Positions 9,331-20,147 of a DNA stretch of 64,000 nt are shown one piece after another. A model generated the notes under the pieces. The model searched no databases. It had not been told where the DNA came from and saw nothing but the letters and a program-made list of their open reading frames with translations. The first letter of the stretch is position 1. Each line of letters starts with the position of its first letter. Source of the stretch: Armatimonadota bacterium. Its GTDB lineage: Bacteria; Armatimonadota; UBA5829; DTLH01. Made by a program: the position numbers and the translations under genes. The stretch is from the NCBI GenBank assembly GCA_038207085.1, contig JBBRAE010000002.1, positions 64,001 to 128,000 on the forward strand, read 5' to 3'.

Positions 9331-10659
9331 GTGAAAGACAGTGAGTATGTCCTGAAGGCTGCCAATGACCAGAACGTTAAGTTTGTCCGTTTGTGGTTTA
9401 CGGATATTCTGGGATTCCTGAAGAGTTTTTCGATAACCGTGGCCGAGCTCGAGGGCGCACTCGAGGAAGGCATGGGGTTCGATGGTTCCGCCATCGAGGG
9501 CTTTGCGAGGATCTATGAAAGCGATATGATCGCCAAGCCGGATCCGAACACGTTCACGCTCTTGCCCTGGCGGTCGGGCGCTGGCGGCAACGTTGGGCGG
9601 ATGTTCTGCAATATCGAGTACCCGGATGGGCGGCCCTATGAGGGTGACCCGCGGTGGGTGCTGAAGCAGCAGCTTATACGGGCGGCTGAGATGGGGTACA
9701 CCTTCTACGTCGGGCCTGAGCTTGAGTATTTCTACTTCAAGAACTCAAGCGGCACTCCTGAGGTGCTGGACGTGGGAGGATATTTCGATCTCACTCCTCT
9801 TGACGCCGCAACCGACATGCGCAAGGACACGATACTTGTGCTTGAGGCGATGGGCATCCCGGTGGAGTTCAGCCACCACGAGGCCGCGCCGAGCCAGCAC
9901 GAGATAGACCTGCGCTACGCCGACGCGCTTTCTATGGCCGACAACACGATGACCTATCGACTGGTCGTAAAAGAGGTCGCGATGAAACACGGGGTGTACG
10001 CGACGTTTATGCCCAAGCCGATAACCGGGAAAAATGGCAGCGGAATGCACGTGCATCAGTCGCTGTTCCAGGGTGAGCGAAACGCGTTTTACAATAGAGA
10101 AGACAAGTTTCACCTCTCGGACGTTGGCAAGAAGTACATCGCTGGGCTGATGGCGCACGTGCCGGAGATTACGCTCGTGCTCAACCAGTGGGTGAACTCC
10201 TACAAGCGGCTCGTGCCGGGGTATGAGGCGCCGGTGTATGTGTCCTGGGCGATGCGCAACCGTTCGGACCTGATCCGTATACCGGGGTATCGTCCGGGTG
10301 TCGAGGAGGCCACGCGCGTCGAGCTGCGTTCGCCTGACCCTGCCTGCAACCCGTATCTGGCGTTTGCTGTGATACTTGCGGCTGGGCTTGAGGGCATTGA
10401 GAGAAATTACGAGCTTCAGGAGCCGTATGAGGGCAACATCTACGAGCTTCCCGAGGCAGAGCGCGAGCGGATGGGGATCAAACCCTTGCCTGAAGATCTG
10501 TATGAGGCGATCAAGGCGGCTGAGGGGAGCGATCTTCTTCGGCGAACGCTCGGCGACCACGTATTTGAAAAACTGATCGAAAACAAAAAGGTCGAGTGGG
10601 CGAAGTTCAAGGCTCAGGTCACAAGCTATGAGCTGGAGGAATATCTGCCCATTCTATAG
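9331..10659 (+). CDS. glnA: glutamine synthetase type I (alpha type)
   Basis: GFDGSAIEGFARIYESDM, GPELEYF, HHEAAPSQHEI, ATFMPKP, NGSGMHVHQS, ELRSPDPACNPYL. Confidence 0.96.
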   Translation: MKDSEYVLKAANDQNVKFVRLWFTDILGFLKSFSITVAELEGALEEGMGFDGSAIEGFARIYESDMIAKPDPNTFTLLPWRSGAGGNVGRMFCNIEYPDGRPYEGDPRWVLKQQLIRAAEMGYTFYVGPELEYFYFKNSSGTPEVLDVGGYFDLTPLDAATDMRKDTILVLEAMGIPVEFSHHEAAPSQHEIDLRYADALSMADNTMTYRLVVKEVAMKHGVYATFMPKPITGKNGSGMHVHQSLFQGERNAFYNREDKFHLSDVGKKYIAGLMAHVPEITLVLNQWVNSYKRLVPGYEAPVYVSWAMRNRSDLIRIPGYRPGVEEATRVELRSPDPACNPYLAFAVILAAGLEGIERNYELQEPYEGNIYELPEAERERMGIKPLPEDLYEAIKAAEGSDLLRRTLGDHVFEKLIENKKVEWAKFKAQVTSYELEEYLPIL

Positions 10660-10738
10660 GAGTGCTAAGTGCTTAGGACGGAGCGCTGTAGGACAGCGTA
10701 GTTCACGCGTCGAAACCGACGGCTCTTTGCAATGGTTG

Positions 10739-11413
10739 ATGTATCGAGTACTAATAGTTACTGATGACCAGCGTCTTGCTGTACCCCTGGGAGGAAGCCT
10801 CGCGGGGGTAAACATTGTGTCGGCGGTCGTCGGGAGCAACCTTGAGCCCATTGATGAAGCTATGGCCAAGGGTGGTTCCGACGCTGTGATCATCGACGCG
10901 CGCGATGGCACGCCTATTGAGCCCCTGCTTCGTGCGATTCGCGAGCACCCCGGGCTTGAGGAGGTCCCGCTGATCGGGATCATCCCCACAAGCGTCCTTC
11001 TTTCTCCGCCGCTTCCCCAGGTGGATGACTTCGTGCTGGAGACCTTCACTGTTTCGGAGCTCACCGTGCGCGTCCTCACCAGGCTCCAGCGCACTCAGAC
11101 AAGCGACGGCGGCAACGTGATCCGTCTCGGCCGCCTTGAGGTCGACATCGACAACTACAAGGCCCGCATCGGACACGAGGCACTGGACCTCACCTACAAG
11201 GAGTTTGAGCTGCTGCGCTTTCTGATCACCCACCGTGGCCGCGTATTCACACGTGAGGCGCTTTTGAACCGCGTGTGGGGCTATGACTACTTCGGCGGCG
11301 CACGCACGGTGGACGTCCATATCAGGCGGCTACGGGCGAAGCTCGGGCAGTATGAGTCGCTGATCGAGACTGTGCGAAGCGTGGGGTACCGATTTACCGA
11401 AGAGAGCCAGTAA
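10739..11413 (+). CDS. glnR: OmpR-family response regulator, actinobacterial GlnR-like
   Basis: wHTH DLTYKEFELL...[25 protein letters not shown]; atypical receiver domain; directly follows glnA. Confidence 0.75.
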   Translation: MYRVLIVTDDQRLAVPLGGSLAGVNIVSAVVGSNLEPIDEAMAKGGSDAVIIDARDGTPIEPLLRAIREHPGLEEVPLIGIIPTSVLLSPPLPQVDDFVLETFTVSELTVRVLTRLQRTQTSDGGNVIRLGRLEVDIDNYKARIGHEALDLTYKEFELLRFLITHRGRVFTREALLNRVWGYDYFGGARTVDVHIRRLRAKLGQYESLIETVRSVGYRFTEESQ

Positions 11414-11440
11414 GTCCGTCTCTATGAACTGGAAAAGCAA

Positions 11441-11476
11441 CAAGCCCCCGGGGAAATACTTCTCCCCGGGGGCTTG
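11441..11476. terminator. hairpin between convergent genes (probable terminator)
   Basis: CAAGCCCCCGGGGA...TCCCCGGGGGCTTG. Confidence 0.65.
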
Positions 11477-11508
11477 TCCTATATAAACTGGGGCGCTAAA
11501 GCCTCAGA

Positions 11509-11589
11509 TTAGCCCGCTTTATTCGTGAAGCGAATAAAGCTCTTGCTAAGAGAGCATTATTCACGCTTCTCGTGAATAATGCAGGTTAG
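11509..11589 (-). repeat. MITE/REP-like element, full copy 3 (inverted)
   Basis: Reverse complement of copy 1, flanked by TAA/TAA on the minus strand; abuts the stop codon at 11586. Confidence 0.9.
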
Positions 11590-12677
11590 CGCTTTCTGCG
11601 GGTTGCCAGGCCTGCCAGGCCGACAACGCCGGAGAGCATCGTGAGAACGCTCGAAGGCTCGGGAACGGGGTTGCCCTGGTAGTTCCAGGTGCTTGCCTTG
11701 CTGAAGGTGAGGTTCGGGGTGACTGTCAGATCCAAGTCCTCGAGTCCCGGAGTAGCGGGGTTGGGGTCGGCGTGGTAGAAATCGACGGTCACCATCTCAC
11801 CGTCGACGGTGAAGATGTAGTAACCGACTGAGTACAGCTCGTTCTGGATGTTGGTGTAGCGGCTGGTGAGGGTCGATACGGGAGTGTAGAACTTGTAGCT
11901 GTCCGACGCGCAGATCAGCTGCGAGACGGTGCTCTGACCATCAGGGCTGTTGATCCGGGAGAGATCGTGCATGTGGTCGTGGCCGGAGATGTACATCGCG
12001 TTGTTGGCCTGAAGGCTTGAGTAGAACGCGTTCTGCTGAGTCGGGTTGGACTCATCGCCGCTGCCGAACATGCTGTCTTTGTGGTTTCTGCCGACGAGGC
12101 TCTTGTGACCAAAGACGAACGAGACATCGTGATCGTCAGCTGCGAGCTGGCTGTTCATCCAGGGGGTCGCGATGTTGAGGGCTGTGGTGTTGCCGGCCAG
12201 AGCGTAGTCGAGCAGCACGATCTTGGTGTTGTTGTAGTTCACTGAGTAGCTGGTGGCGTCGGGGGCCAGTGCGACGGTCCGCTCAGAGTTGGTTGACGGG
12301 ATGTAGTTGTTCTTGAAGAAGGTCTGGGCGCCTGTGCTGCTTTCGTGGTTGCCGCGAAGGCCATAGAACGAGATGCCTGCGGTGGTCAGGGCGGAAGTGG
12401 CCCCCAGCCTGGTCTGGAGTCCCGCGTTGTTGGAGCCTTCGCTGTCGCAGAGGTCACCGACCTGCACGACGAACTTTACGCCCTGGTTGATGAACTGGGT
12501 GTTCACCTGGTTGATAATCCCGACCGCAACGGTGCTCGGGTTCTGTCCGTCGAGGTTGGCCTTCCACTGGGTGTCCGACATAACGCCGAACTTGAACGCC
12601 TCCGCATTGGCGGCGACGCTGGCTGCAATTACTGTGGCAACTGCAAATGAGATAAGTTTTGTTGACTTGCGCATCAA
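11586..12677 (-). CDS. secreted calcineurin-like metallophosphoesterase with PEP-CTERM sorting signal
   Basis: Signal peptide; SDTQ, GDLCD, GNHE, GHDH; C-terminal VPEPSS-TM-RRKR. Confidence 0.9.
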   Translation of the reverse strand: MMRKSTKLISFAVATVIAASVAANAEAFKFGVMSDTQWKANLDGQNPSTVAVGIINQVNTQFINQGVKFVVQVGDLCDSEGSNNAGLQTRLGATSALTTAGISFYGLRGNHESSTGAQTFFKNNYIPSTNSERTVALAPDATSYSVNYNNTKIVLLDYALAGNTTALNIATPWMNSQLAADDHDVSFVFGHKSLVGRNHKDSMFGSGDESNPTQQNAFYSSLQANNAMYISGHDHMHDLSRINSPDGQSTVSQLICASDSYKFYTPVSTLTSRYTNIQNELYSVGYYIFTVDGEMVTVDFYHADPNPATPGLEDLDLTVTPNLTFSKASTWNYQGNPVPEPSSVLTMLSGVVGLAGLATRRKR

Positions 12678-12819
12678 TTTCCTCCTGTTTCGCGCGTTCC
12701 TGCTCTTCTAAGGTGAGAGCTTGCCCGGTATATTCACTACCAGGGTTTATAATACAGGAGGTATCTCACAGCACACTTCCATTTGGATTGCCATTGGATT
12801 ATGGTCTGCAGCAATACGA

Positions 12820-12925
12820 TGACCCGCGTGTGGGGCTACGACTACTTCGGCGGCGCGCGCACGGTGGACGTCCATATCAGGTGGCTTTGGGCGAAGGTCG
12901 GACAGTATGAGTCGTTGATAGGGAC
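12820..12925 (+). pseudogene. decayed duplicate of the glnR 3' end
   Basis: 95/106 nt identical (hand count) to 11265-11370; no 5' part of the gene. Confidence 0.88.
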
Positions 12926-12970
12926 GATTCAAGTGGTTCGTCCCTATGTTTTGTGTGGGGTACAAAAAAA

Positions 12971-13046
12971 TGGAGCGGGAGACCGGGCTCGAACCGGCGA
13001 CATCCAGCTTGGAAGGCTAGCGCTCTACCAACTGAGCTACTCCCGC
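12971..13046 (-). tRNA. tRNA-Gly (TCC)
   Basis: GCGGGAGTAGCTCAGTTGGTAGAGCGCTAGCCTTCCAAGCTGGATGTCGCCGGTTCGAGCCCGGTCTCCCGCTCCA, 76 nt, encoded CCA. Confidence 0.97.
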
Positions 13047-13064
13047 ATCATTGGCGACTGTGCT

Positions 13065-13093
13065 ATTATAGCATGAGTCCACAGGCGGGTCAA
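13065..13093 (-). promoter_or_regulatory. sigma70 promoter of tRNA-Gly
   Basis: TTGACC-N17-TATAAT with extended TG. Confidence 0.75.
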
Positions 13094-13115
13094 CACAATC
13101 TCAAGGAGCAATTCG

Positions 13116-13673
13116 ATGAAACTCGTTGTCATATCAGGTAGCCGCAACGCCGATGGTCAGACCGCACGGGCCGCTTCGGCGTTTGTGCGAGGCGCTGAAG
13201 CCGCCGGCGCACAGTCCGAAGTTTTCTATCTCCCCAAGCTCGACATCCAACACTGCCGTCAGTGTGAGGACTCGGGGTGGGGACTTTGCATCAAGGAGGG
13301 CCGCTGCGTGGCCCAGGACGACTTTTCGATGCTCGTCGCGAAAATTATCGACGCCGACGCAGTCGCATTCGCCACTCCCGTCTACTGGAGCGATCTCTCA
13401 GAGAGCCTGAAGTCGTTTCTCGACCGTCTGCGCCGCATCTGCTGGCACGAAAACGGCGAAAAGGGACTGCAGGGCAAGCGCGCGGTCGGAATCTGTGTAG
13501 CAGGCGGCGGGGGCGGAGGCGCGCCGACCTGCTGCGTCAGTCTGGAGAAGATTCTGCACACCTGTGGGATGGACATGATCGATATGATCCCCGCGCGCAG
13601 GCAGAACCTCGAAATGAAGCTCGACGTTTGTGAAACAGTTGGCAGGTGGATTGTGGAGTCGTCGGCAGACTAA
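13116..13673 (+). CDS. flavodoxin-family / iron-sulfur flavoprotein (NADPH-dependent FMN reductase fold)
   Basis: ISGSRNADGQT, CRQC...C...C cluster, FATPVYW, FLDR. Confidence 0.85.
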   Translation: MKLVVISGSRNADGQTARAASAFVRGAEAAGAQSEVFYLPKLDIQHCRQCEDSGWGLCIKEGRCVAQDDFSMLVAKIIDADAVAFATPVYWSDLSESLKSFLDRLRRICWHENGEKGLQGKRAVGICVAGGGGGGAPTCCVSLEKILHTCGMDMIDMIPARRQNLEMKLDVCETVGRWIVESSAD

Positions 13674-13805
13674 CCGCAATACGGTTTGATATGCCTGATA
13701 TGCTGCGAGAACGCCGCCTGAGTTTGATCTCTCAAACCTCCTCAGCCAGAGTTCCCGCAGCTAAAGACCGCCTATCAATCCTTGTCAGTGCCTACTTTTG
13801 CATCT

Positions 13806-16190
13806 TCAGTTGTCTCTAACTACAGTAGTCGCCGACTTGTCCACGATTTTCTCTCCGTCCACGTCTATGATCGTATGCTTCAGGATGTTATGGTTCGCGT
13901 CGGGGGACACGTAGATGCCCAGCGGTCCGTCGTAGATATTGACGTTCTCGATCACGTTCCAGTCCTTGAGCGGGGCGGTCGAGGGAAGCGTCTTAATAGT
14001 GTTCTTCGAGTCGCCGAAGTCGATGGCATAACGGGCCTTAGCATCGAAGTCGTTCGCCCAGCCCATGGACCCGTGAAAGCTCGGCCCGTAGCGGAAACCA
14101 GTGATCTCCGTCGAGCGCACGGTATTCCCGAACACCAGCGGACCGAAAAGCCTGATCTGAGCGCGCGTGATCAACTCGGAGCCGATGACATCGTTGAATG
14201 CCACGGGGGTCGGGTTGTTGGTCTCAAATGCCCAGAGGTAGATGCCTTCGCCGTCTCTTAGGATGTGACCGTCGATCACGTTGCCCCAGCAATTGCCCCA
14301 CAGTCCCGTCCAGTTGGCGGTGTGCTCCTCGGTATTGTCGATCCACATTGTCTCTACCGAGGACTTGCCGACGCAGAAATACGTGCTGCTGTCGGGGGTG
14401 ATTTCCCAGGGCTGCGCCAGTGTGAGAGTGTTCGGCGTGAATGAGACGACTTCGCGATACTGGCCCAGGCCACGTCCGTCGAGGATCATTACGAATGTCC
14501 CGTCCGCGGTATTCCAGGGATGACTGTCGATCTGAGCCTGTGTCGCAGCAAAGGGCGTTCCATCGACGGTCAGCGTGTTGGCAGTCGCCTTCAGCACCTT
14601 GCCATGCCACATAGAATCCCCGGACTCGTACATATTCTCTCCGCCGTTATGCCTTCGGGCGATATTGTTGAACCAAGAGTTGCCCTGGATAATCGTGTGA
14701 TACATGCTCGCGCGGCCTGTCGAGCCTCCAAAGTTCCGCTGTGCGTCGTTTGACGTGTTGTCTTCGATGATCGACCGATTGACGGCTCTGACCCCGAAGT
14801 TTGCGGTAGGGAGCCCCTGACGGGTGGCGTGGAACTTGTTTCCCCCGATATAGGCCTGCACGTGTGGACCGTGGCGCAGAGTCAGGCATCCGTTGGCCGA
14901 TTCCACCTCACAGTCTTTCATCACGAACCCATAGGACCCCCATTCGACCAGTACTGAGCTCGCGCCGTCCGAGAAAGCATCATTGACGCTCGACGTATTG
15001 AAGCGACAACGCTCGATATGACAGTTGTCGTGACCGACATAGGCTGCAATCTGCGTACCGGGACCGTCCACAAATCCGAGGTCAAGGAGTTCGCTGTTGC
15101 TCTCCATCACAATCATCGGTGCGGCATGGCCCTTCGCCATGCGGTTGTCCAGCCAATCCAGGCGCATCTTCGTCGCACCTGCCGGAATGTCGAAGCTCAG
15201 CGGTCTTTTGGGATGCACGATGATAATGCTGTTGTTCATTCCCGCGCCCTGCAGTGTTATGTTGGAAGGCAGGAGGATGGTTCGGCTGATCGCGTAACGT
15301 CCCGGCGGGAAATAGATGATCGCTGGCGCGGAGTTCGCAGCCCCGGCGATTGCCGACTTGATTGCGGCGGTGTCGTCGCTCAGCCCGTTGCCCTTTGCGC
15401 CGAAGCTCTTGACGTCGCGGATGTTGGTGACGGGCCTCGGCTTGGGCTTCACTGTGAAGTCCATAGGTCCGCCCCATCCAGCTTCGCCGCCGCATCCGTT
15501 GTGGACATATAGTTGGTATTCTCCGGCCCGGAGGCCAGCTGGCAGCACAGCGGATGCCTCGTAGATCGTAGATCCGTGCTGGTACATTCGCCCGCCCCAG
15601 ATATCGCCAAGGAAGATCGGCTGCCCCCCCGACTTGGGTTTGATGGCAACGAGGAACTTAGTGCGGTCTGCGCCCGCGTAGGATAGGTTGGTCTCCAAAC
15701 CGGTCGACATGTTGCGACCGAACACCCTGATTCTCTGGCCGGGGTTGGCAATTTCGGGATAGACAAACCACGGTTGGGTAGCCCTGATGAGCCACGGTTT
15801 CGACCATCCGTCCCCGCTCTTGACCCATATCACGTCGCGGCCCAGCATAGCGTCGAAGAAGGACGCACCACCGTAGCGCTCATTAAAATCGACGGCCAGA
15901 ACGAAGCCACGGGGATCGTTATCGATGATGCTGACCTTTGCGGCATCCTTGGGTGGCTCGGGGGGCAGCAGTTTGCGGCCATTGTAGTTGGGAGCAGCAA
16001 GCGCCGCCTTGACTTTTGCCTGGTCGTATGGTGCATTCCAGCCCCATACCTCAGTCTGACCTGGTATGAATCCCACTCCCCAGATGGTCCTGACATTCCC
16101 ACCCTGGACCCTGCAAATCTCCGGCGGCGCGGCCCAAACAACGCTCGACATGGACAGAACGACCAAACACATCATTACGAATCTTCTCAT
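13806..16190 (-). CDS. secreted right-handed beta-helix glycan-active protein (pectate lyase 3 / GH28-related)
   Basis: Signal peptide; DVKSFGAKGNGLSDDTAAIKSAI, IIYFPPGRY, ITLQGAG. Confidence 0.8.
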   Translation of the reverse strand: MRRFVMMCLVVLSMSSVVWAAPPEICRVQGGNVRTIWGVGFIPGQTEVWGWNAPYDQAKVKAALAAPNYNGRKLLPPEPPKDAAKVSIIDNDPRGFVLAVDFNERYGGASFFDAMLGRDVIWVKSGDGWSKPWLIRATQPWFVYPEIANPGQRIRVFGRNMSTGLETNLSYAGADRTKFLVAIKPKSGGQPIFLGDIWGGRMYQHGSTIYEASAVLPAGLRAGEYQLYVHNGCGGEAGWGGPMDFTVKPKPRPVTNIRDVKSFGAKGNGLSDDTAAIKSAIAGAANSAPAIIYFPPGRYAISRTILLPSNITLQGAGMNNSIIIVHPKRPLSFDIPAGATKMRLDWLDNRMAKGHAAPMIVMESNSELLDLGFVDGPGTQIAAYVGHDNCHIERCRFNTSSVNDAFSDGASSVLVEWGSYGFVMKDCEVESANGCLTLRHGPHVQAYIGGNKFHATRQGLPTANFGVRAVNRSIIEDNTSNDAQRNFGGSTGRASMYHTIIQGNSWFNNIARRHNGGENMYESGDSMWHGKVLKATANTLTVDGTPFAATQAQIDSHPWNTADGTFVMILDGRGLGQYREVVSFTPNTLTLAQPWEITPDSSTYFCVGKSSVETMWIDNTEEHTANWTGLWGNCWGNVIDGHILRDGEGIYLWAFETNNPTPVAFNDVIGSELITRAQIRLFGPLVFGNTVRSTEITGFRYGPSFHGSMGWANDFDAKARYAIDFGDSKNTIKTLPSTAPLKDWNVIENVNIYDGPLGIYVSPDANHNILKHTIIDVDGEKIVDKSATTVVRDN

Positions 16191-16234
16191 TTGTTCTTCT
16201 CCTGTGAAAAACTGCGTACGGCTCTAGTGCACGC

Positions 16235-16273
16235 TTAGCCCGCTTTATTCGTGAAGCGAATAAAGCGGGCTAG
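16235..16273. repeat. MITE/REP-like element, single symmetric hairpin copy 4
   Basis: TAGCCCGCTTTATTCG-TGAAG-CGAATAAAGCGGGCTA; overlaps the tmk stop codon. Confidence 0.88.
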
Positions 16274-16902
16274 AGAACAACCGGGTTTCTGCTGCCTATC
16301 CATTGCTGGACAACCTCGTCCACTTTGGCTGCGACCTCAACAAGCGTTCCGGTGGCGTCCACTACGACCCACCGCGCAGGCTCCAGCCCTGCAAGCTCGA
16401 GAAACCCTTCGCGCACCCGCGTGTGGAAGCTTACACTTTCGGCTTCAAAGCGGTTCTTGTCCTGCTGGCGTTCCAGTCCGAGTTCGACCGGGATGTCGAG
16501 GAGCAGCGTCAGGTCGGGAGTGAGCCCCCCGGTCGCAAAGTCGTTCAGGCGGCGAAGGGTGGGGATGTCGAGGCCACGGGCGTAGCCCTGGTAGGCGATG
16601 CTTGAGTCAGCGTAGCGGTCGCAGAGCACGATCGCGCCGCGTTCGGTCGCAGGCACAATCACCTTGCGGACGTGCTGGGCGCGCGCGGCGAGGAAAAGCA
16701 GAAGCTCGGCCTCGGGGGCGACGTCGCCTTTGGAGTGCAAGAGGATCTGCCGGATGTCGCGGGCAAGGTGGTCGCCGCCGGGCTCGCAGGTGGCTATCAC
16801 TTCGTGCCCAAGTGCGGTGAGGCGCTCGGACAGGAGGCGTGTCTGGGTCGACTTGCCCGAACCTTCGGGGCCCTCAAAGGTGATAAAGAGGCCCCGGCTC
16901 AA
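16270..16902 (-). CDS. tmk: thymidylate kinase
   Basis: [27 protein letters not shown]. Confidence 0.96.
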   Translation of the reverse strand: MSRGLFITFEGPEGSGKSTQTRLLSERLTALGHEVIATCEPGGDHLARDIRQILLHSKGDVAPEAELLLFLAARAQHVRKVIVPATERGAIVLCDRYADSSIAYQGYARGLDIPTLRRLNDFATGGLTPDLTLLLDIPVELGLERQQDKNRFEAESVSFHTRVREGFLELAGLEPARWVVVDATGTLVEVAAKVDEVVQQWIGSRNPVVL

Positions 16903-18518
16903 GGTTTCACGATCCTGACTCTTCTGTATGGCTCGGTCCCGATGCTCTCGGACAACAGATGGTATTTTTCGGCTAGCTGATGCTGCAGGCGACGCAGGAA
17001 ACTGGTCGCAGGCGGCAGTTCCTGGGGTTCGCCGTTTTCGAGAAGCCGCTCGATCGCCTCTTCGGCCACGTGAAGCGCCATCTCCTCTTCGTTCCCGACG
17101 TCGAGGTTGAATATCTCGCGCAGCACATTTGCGATCTGCGCGTAGGTGTTGCTTCGCACGACGTAGGTGGGAAGCTGGCGGGAGCCGATCTCCTGGAGCT
17201 TGGCCGGTTCTTTTCTGTAGTGGGCTTTCAGCGCGACCACGGCGTCGGCATCGTTCGAGTCCTTGGTGATATAAGCCGGGACCCGAAGCTCGCGGATCGC
17301 TCGCTCAAGCCTGTTTCGGCTGACCCCGTAGGGAAATATCTTGACGATGGACGGCAACGGCCTCTCCGGACCGAGAGACGCGTGTTCGTGCTCCAGCCTT
17401 CGGCCAGCCTCCTCAGGGCGAGCCTGGATGTCCGAGGGCTGGACCACCTCAACTTCACCCTCGGGGTTGCGCACCCGGATCTCCGGCCTCGGGGGCGCGC
17501 CCCTCAGCATCCGGTCAACGACGCTTGCCACGTCGTGATGGATCGCAAGCTTGTCAACCTCGATTATCTCAATAATTACGTCAAAAGTCGGCGGGGCCTT
17601 TCGCTCAAGGACGCTCTTTTGTGTTCCACGTCGTCGCGCCTCCTCGTCCGAGAGGGTGACGGTTTGGATGCCTCCGACGAGGTCCGAGAGCGTCGGGTTC
17701 AGCATCAGGTTCTCAAGCGAGTTGCCGTGCGCCGTTGCGACAAGCTGAACGCCGCGCTCGGCGATCGTGCGACTTGCGAAAGCTTCGGCCTCGGTGCCGA
17801 TCTCGTCGATCACGACTACCTCGGGCATGTGGTTTTCTACCGCTTCGATCATGACCGCGTGCTGATCTTCAGGGGTCGGCACCTGCATGCGTCGTGCGCG
17901 CCCGATAGCGGGGTGGGGGATGTCCCCGTCGCCTGCGATCTCGTTTGAGGTGTCGACGATCACAACGCGTTTCTTGAACTCATCGGAAAGCACGCGGGCG
18001 ACTTCTCGGAGCTTGGTCGTTTTGCCGACGCCAGGCCGTCCCAGAAGCAGAATGCTCTGCCCGCTTTCGACGACATCGCGGATGATGTCGATCGTGCCGT
18101 AGACCGCGCGCCCAATTCGGCATGTGAGCCCGACGATTCGGTCCTGACGGTTGCGAATCGCCGAGATTCTGTGCAGCGTCCGCTCGATCCCCGCACGGTT
18201 ATCTTTGCCGAAGGCTCCGATGCGGCTAACGACGTAGTCAATCTCGCCGGTGGTGACCGCGATATCGCACAGCTCGAGCACCCGCAGCGGAAAACGTGCT
18301 TCAGCGGGCCTGCCGAGGTCAAGGACGATCTCAAGCAGGTCTTCGAGATCCTCCTGAGCTTCGAGGCACGCGCGCACGTCCGGCGGCAGCACATCAAGGA
18401 GTTGTGCGAGGTTATCGGTTATTCTCTGCGCGACCTTAAATACCTTCAGCCCGCTGTGGCTAGCATCGGTTGCTTTCACGCGCTCACCTTCTTTTTTGTG
18501 TCTATCAGTCAAGCTCAT
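16899..18518 (-). CDS. Ycf45/SpoIIIAA-like AAA ATPase with C-terminal R3H domain
   Basis: [39 protein letters not shown]. Confidence 0.88.
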   Translation of the reverse strand: MSLTDRHKKEGERVKATDASHSGLKVFKVAQRITDNLAQLLDVLPPDVRACLEAQEDLEDLLEIVLDLGRPAEARFPLRVLELCDIAVTTGEIDYVVSRIGAFGKDNRAGIERTLHRISAIRNRQDRIVGLTCRIGRAVYGTIDIIRDVVESGQSILLLGRPGVGKTTKLREVARVLSDEFKKRVVIVDTSNEIAGDGDIPHPAIGRARRMQVPTPEDQHAVMIEAVENHMPEVVVIDEIGTEAEAFASRTIAERGVQLVATAHGNSLENLMLNPTLSDLVGGIQTVTLSDEEARRRGTQKSVLERKAPPTFDVIIEIIEVDKLAIHHDVASVVDRMLRGAPPRPEIRVRNPEGEVEVVQPSDIQARPEEAGRRLEHEHASLGPERPLPSIVKIFPYGVSRNRLERAIRELRVPAYITKDSNDADAVVALKAHYRKEPAKLQEIGSRQLPTYVVRSNTYAQIANVLREIFNLDVGNEEEMALHVAEEAIERLLENGEPQELPPATSFLRRLQHQLAEKYHLLSESIGTEPYRRVRIVKP

Positions 18519-19248
18519 ATACTACGATAGCGGCTGCCGCAACGGCGGCGGTCTCGCACCTAAGGACCCTTGGCCCAAGTGAAACCGCGCGGGCTCCGTT
18601 TGCCGTCATCAGCCGCACTTCGTCCTCCTCAAATCCACCTTCCGGCCCGACAAGAAGCAGCACGCTTGTCGCACCCCTGCTTGCCTGCAGTGCTTCCCGC
18701 ACGCCGGTATGTTCTTCAGACTCCCAAAGCACAAGCGCAAGGTCGAACTCTCCTATGCGCTCGACGAACCGAGAAAGGGGCGTTATCCCCTGAACCGCAG
18801 GGACGATCGCCCTGCAGGACTGCTCGGAGGCCTCTTTCGCGATTGTCCGCCACCTTGTGAGTCTTGATTCTATCTTATTGTCGGGTGGTCGAGCGATTGT
18901 CCTTGAGCTTGTTATCACCTCAAAGCTCGATACCCCTAATTCTGTACCCTTCTGGACGATAAACTCAAGCCTGTCACCCTTGGGAAGTGACTGCGCAAGC
19001 GTCACTTTTACCCGCGCTTCGGTCTCGATTGGGCAGACCTCGACGACCGTTCCAGTGACCGCCGAAGATGTGACCTCTGCAAGCGAGACAATCATCGCCG
19101 ACCCGCTGCCGTCCACCGCGGCGATGCGGTCCCCTGGGGCGAGCCTAAGGACGTTTGTGATCTGCTTTGCATCCTGGCCCGTGATGCGCACCGTGTTGCA
19201 GTCCACGCACTCCCGGGAGACTATGAATCGGTGAAGGTTTCTCATCAT
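18505..19248 (-). CDS. rsmE: 16S rRNA m3U1498 methyltransferase
   Basis: [36 protein letters not shown]. Confidence 0.95.
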   Translation of the reverse strand: MMRNLHRFIVSRECVDCNTVRITGQDAKQITNVLRLAPGDRIAAVDGSGSAMIVSLAEVTSSAVTGTVVEVCPIETEARVKVTLAQSLPKGDRLEFIVQKGTELGVSSFEVITSSRTIARPPDNKIESRLTRWRTIAKEASEQSCRAIVPAVQGITPLSRFVERIGEFDLALVLWESEEHTGVREALQASRGATSVLLLVGPEGGFEEDEVRLMTANGARAVSLGPRVLRCETAAVAAAAIVVYELD

Positions 19249-20147
19249 CTCTTCTTGCTCATCTCAAGCACAACCCAGTCATCATCTGTATTCTTACCCG
19301 CCAACTCGAAACCTTCCTCCGTCAGCCGTTCGACTACTTCATCCGCGCGAGCCTCGATGATCCCCGAGGCGACGAGCGTTCCTCCGACTCTTGGCGCTCG
19401 TCCAAGCTCCGAGGCAAGGGCGATGATCGTGTTCGCGGTGATATTGGCGACCACCAGGTCAAACCCGTCTCCCGCTGAGTCGAGCGCTTCGGCCTCAAAT
19501 ACTTTTACCCGGTCCGAAACCCCGTTTCGTTCGACGTTTTTCTTCGCGGCTTCCACTGCGATCGGGTCGATCTCCGTTGCTACGACCTCCCGAGCGCCAA
19601 GCTTGGCGGCCGCGATCGAAAGAATCGCCGAGCCCGTCCCGACATCAAGCATCCGCTCCCCGCCCCGGATATGATCCTGCAGGAACTGAAGGCAAAGCTG
19701 GGTCGTCGGGTGGTTCCCGGTGCCAAAGGCCATTCCAGGATCGATTTCGACCACCACCTGGCCGGCTTCCGTCGAGACGTCTTCCCAGCTCGGCTTGATA
19801 AAGACGTTTCCGATCAACACTGGCTTGAAAAACGATTTCCACGCCCCGGCCCAGTCGGAGTCTTCGACCCATTTGATCGTGATGTCGGAGGAGTCTTCGC
19901 CGGGAAGCTCCCTGATCCTGTCGCGGATCGCGCCAAGGCGCGCTTCGAGCCGGTCGTCCACGGGCAGGTAGCTTGTGACAGTCGTCTCCTCGGGGACCGG
20001 CAGGTCCGCCGAAAGCTCAGCTGGCCCTGAAGCGCGAACGGAGGGGCCGCTTATCGAGGCTCCTCCGCATCCTTCTTCGATCAAAATGTTCGCCGCGAGC
20101 TCCGCAGACTCTTCGGCTACAGTTGCGATTATCTCCGCCCATCTCAT
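19245..20147 (-). CDS. prmA: ribosomal protein L11 methyltransferase
   Basis: [27 protein letters not shown]; follows dnaJ. Confidence 0.95.
   Translation of the reverse strand: MRWAEIIATVAEESAELAANILIEEGCGGASISGPSVRASGPAELSADLPVPEETTVTSYLPVDDRLEARLGAIRDRIRELPGEDSSDITIKWVEDSDWAGAWKSFFKPVLIGNVFIKPSWEDVSTEAGQVVVEIDPGMAFGTGNHPTTQLCLQFLQDHIRGGERMLDVGTGSAILSIAAAKLGAREVVATEIDPIAVEAAKKNVERNGVSDRVKVFEAEALDSAGDGFDLVVANITANTIIALASELGRAPRVGGTLVASGIIEARADEVVERLTEEGFELAGKNTDDDWVVLEMSKKR

Noticed and set aside
10701..10716. GlnR box-like TTCAC-N5-GAAAC
   Set aside because: Spacing is 5 rather than 6 and there is only one instance
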